Positions 39,449-39,506 of a stretch of DNA of 39,506 nucleotides are shown piece after piece (position 1 is the stretch's first letter; each line of letters starts with the position of its first letter). The translations under genes were made by a program, and so were the position numbers. Source of the DNA: Bdellovibrionota bacterium (GTDB taxonomy: Bacteria; Bdellovibrionota_C; UBA2361; CALJRW01). The DNA lies in NCBI GenBank assembly GCA_041740355.1, contig JBGSMD010000047.1, positions 1 through 39,506 on the forward strand, written 5' to 3'. Under the pieces are notes generated by a model, which was not told where the DNA came from, did not search any database, and saw only the letters and a program-made list of their open reading frames with translations.

Positions 39449-39506
39449 TTAGCCGTAATGACTCTTTTTAATTTACTAACGTAAATTATTTTTTGTCATT
39501 ACTATA
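39449..39506. mobile_element. MITE-like unit at the window end
   Basis: Ends ACGTAAATTATTTTTTGTCATTACTATA, matching the family terminus; degenerate left arm GTAATGAC. Confidence 0.7.

Overview
AT-rich chromosomal segment of a diderm bacterium (lptFG, AsmA, OprD porin; possibly a Bdellovibrionota/delta-like lineage, which is inference only). About 2.6-14.7 kb is an accessory sulfatase-associated cluster: DUF3313-like lipoprotein, MetA-type beta-barrel, octaheme-TPR lipoprotein, HAD hydrolase, broken arylsulfatase, OprD porin, alpha/beta hydrolase and DUF4105-like protein. Next come a small protein/nucleotidyltransferase pair, hydrolase-murF-ddl, ftsQAZ, a short FliA-like sigma factor, fbaA, an interrupted type IV pilin, an IMPase, tRNA-Gly(GCC), SprT-like, metallophosphoesterase, ilvE, nitroreductase, lptFG, rpsU and an MscS-like gene. 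The most striking signal is a modular family of very small TA-flanked palindromic elements: 55-68 bp TATAG..CTATA units with a variable core, plus a 13-nt hairpin module. It occurs at both window ends and as a 94-bp insertion that splits the pilin gene; removing it restores the frame exactly. Also notable: FtsZ with GGGTGTF instead of GGGTGTG, a microhomology-type deletion in the sulfatase, a second REP-like repeat family and several apparently leaderless genes. Family names come from motif recognition, not database searches.
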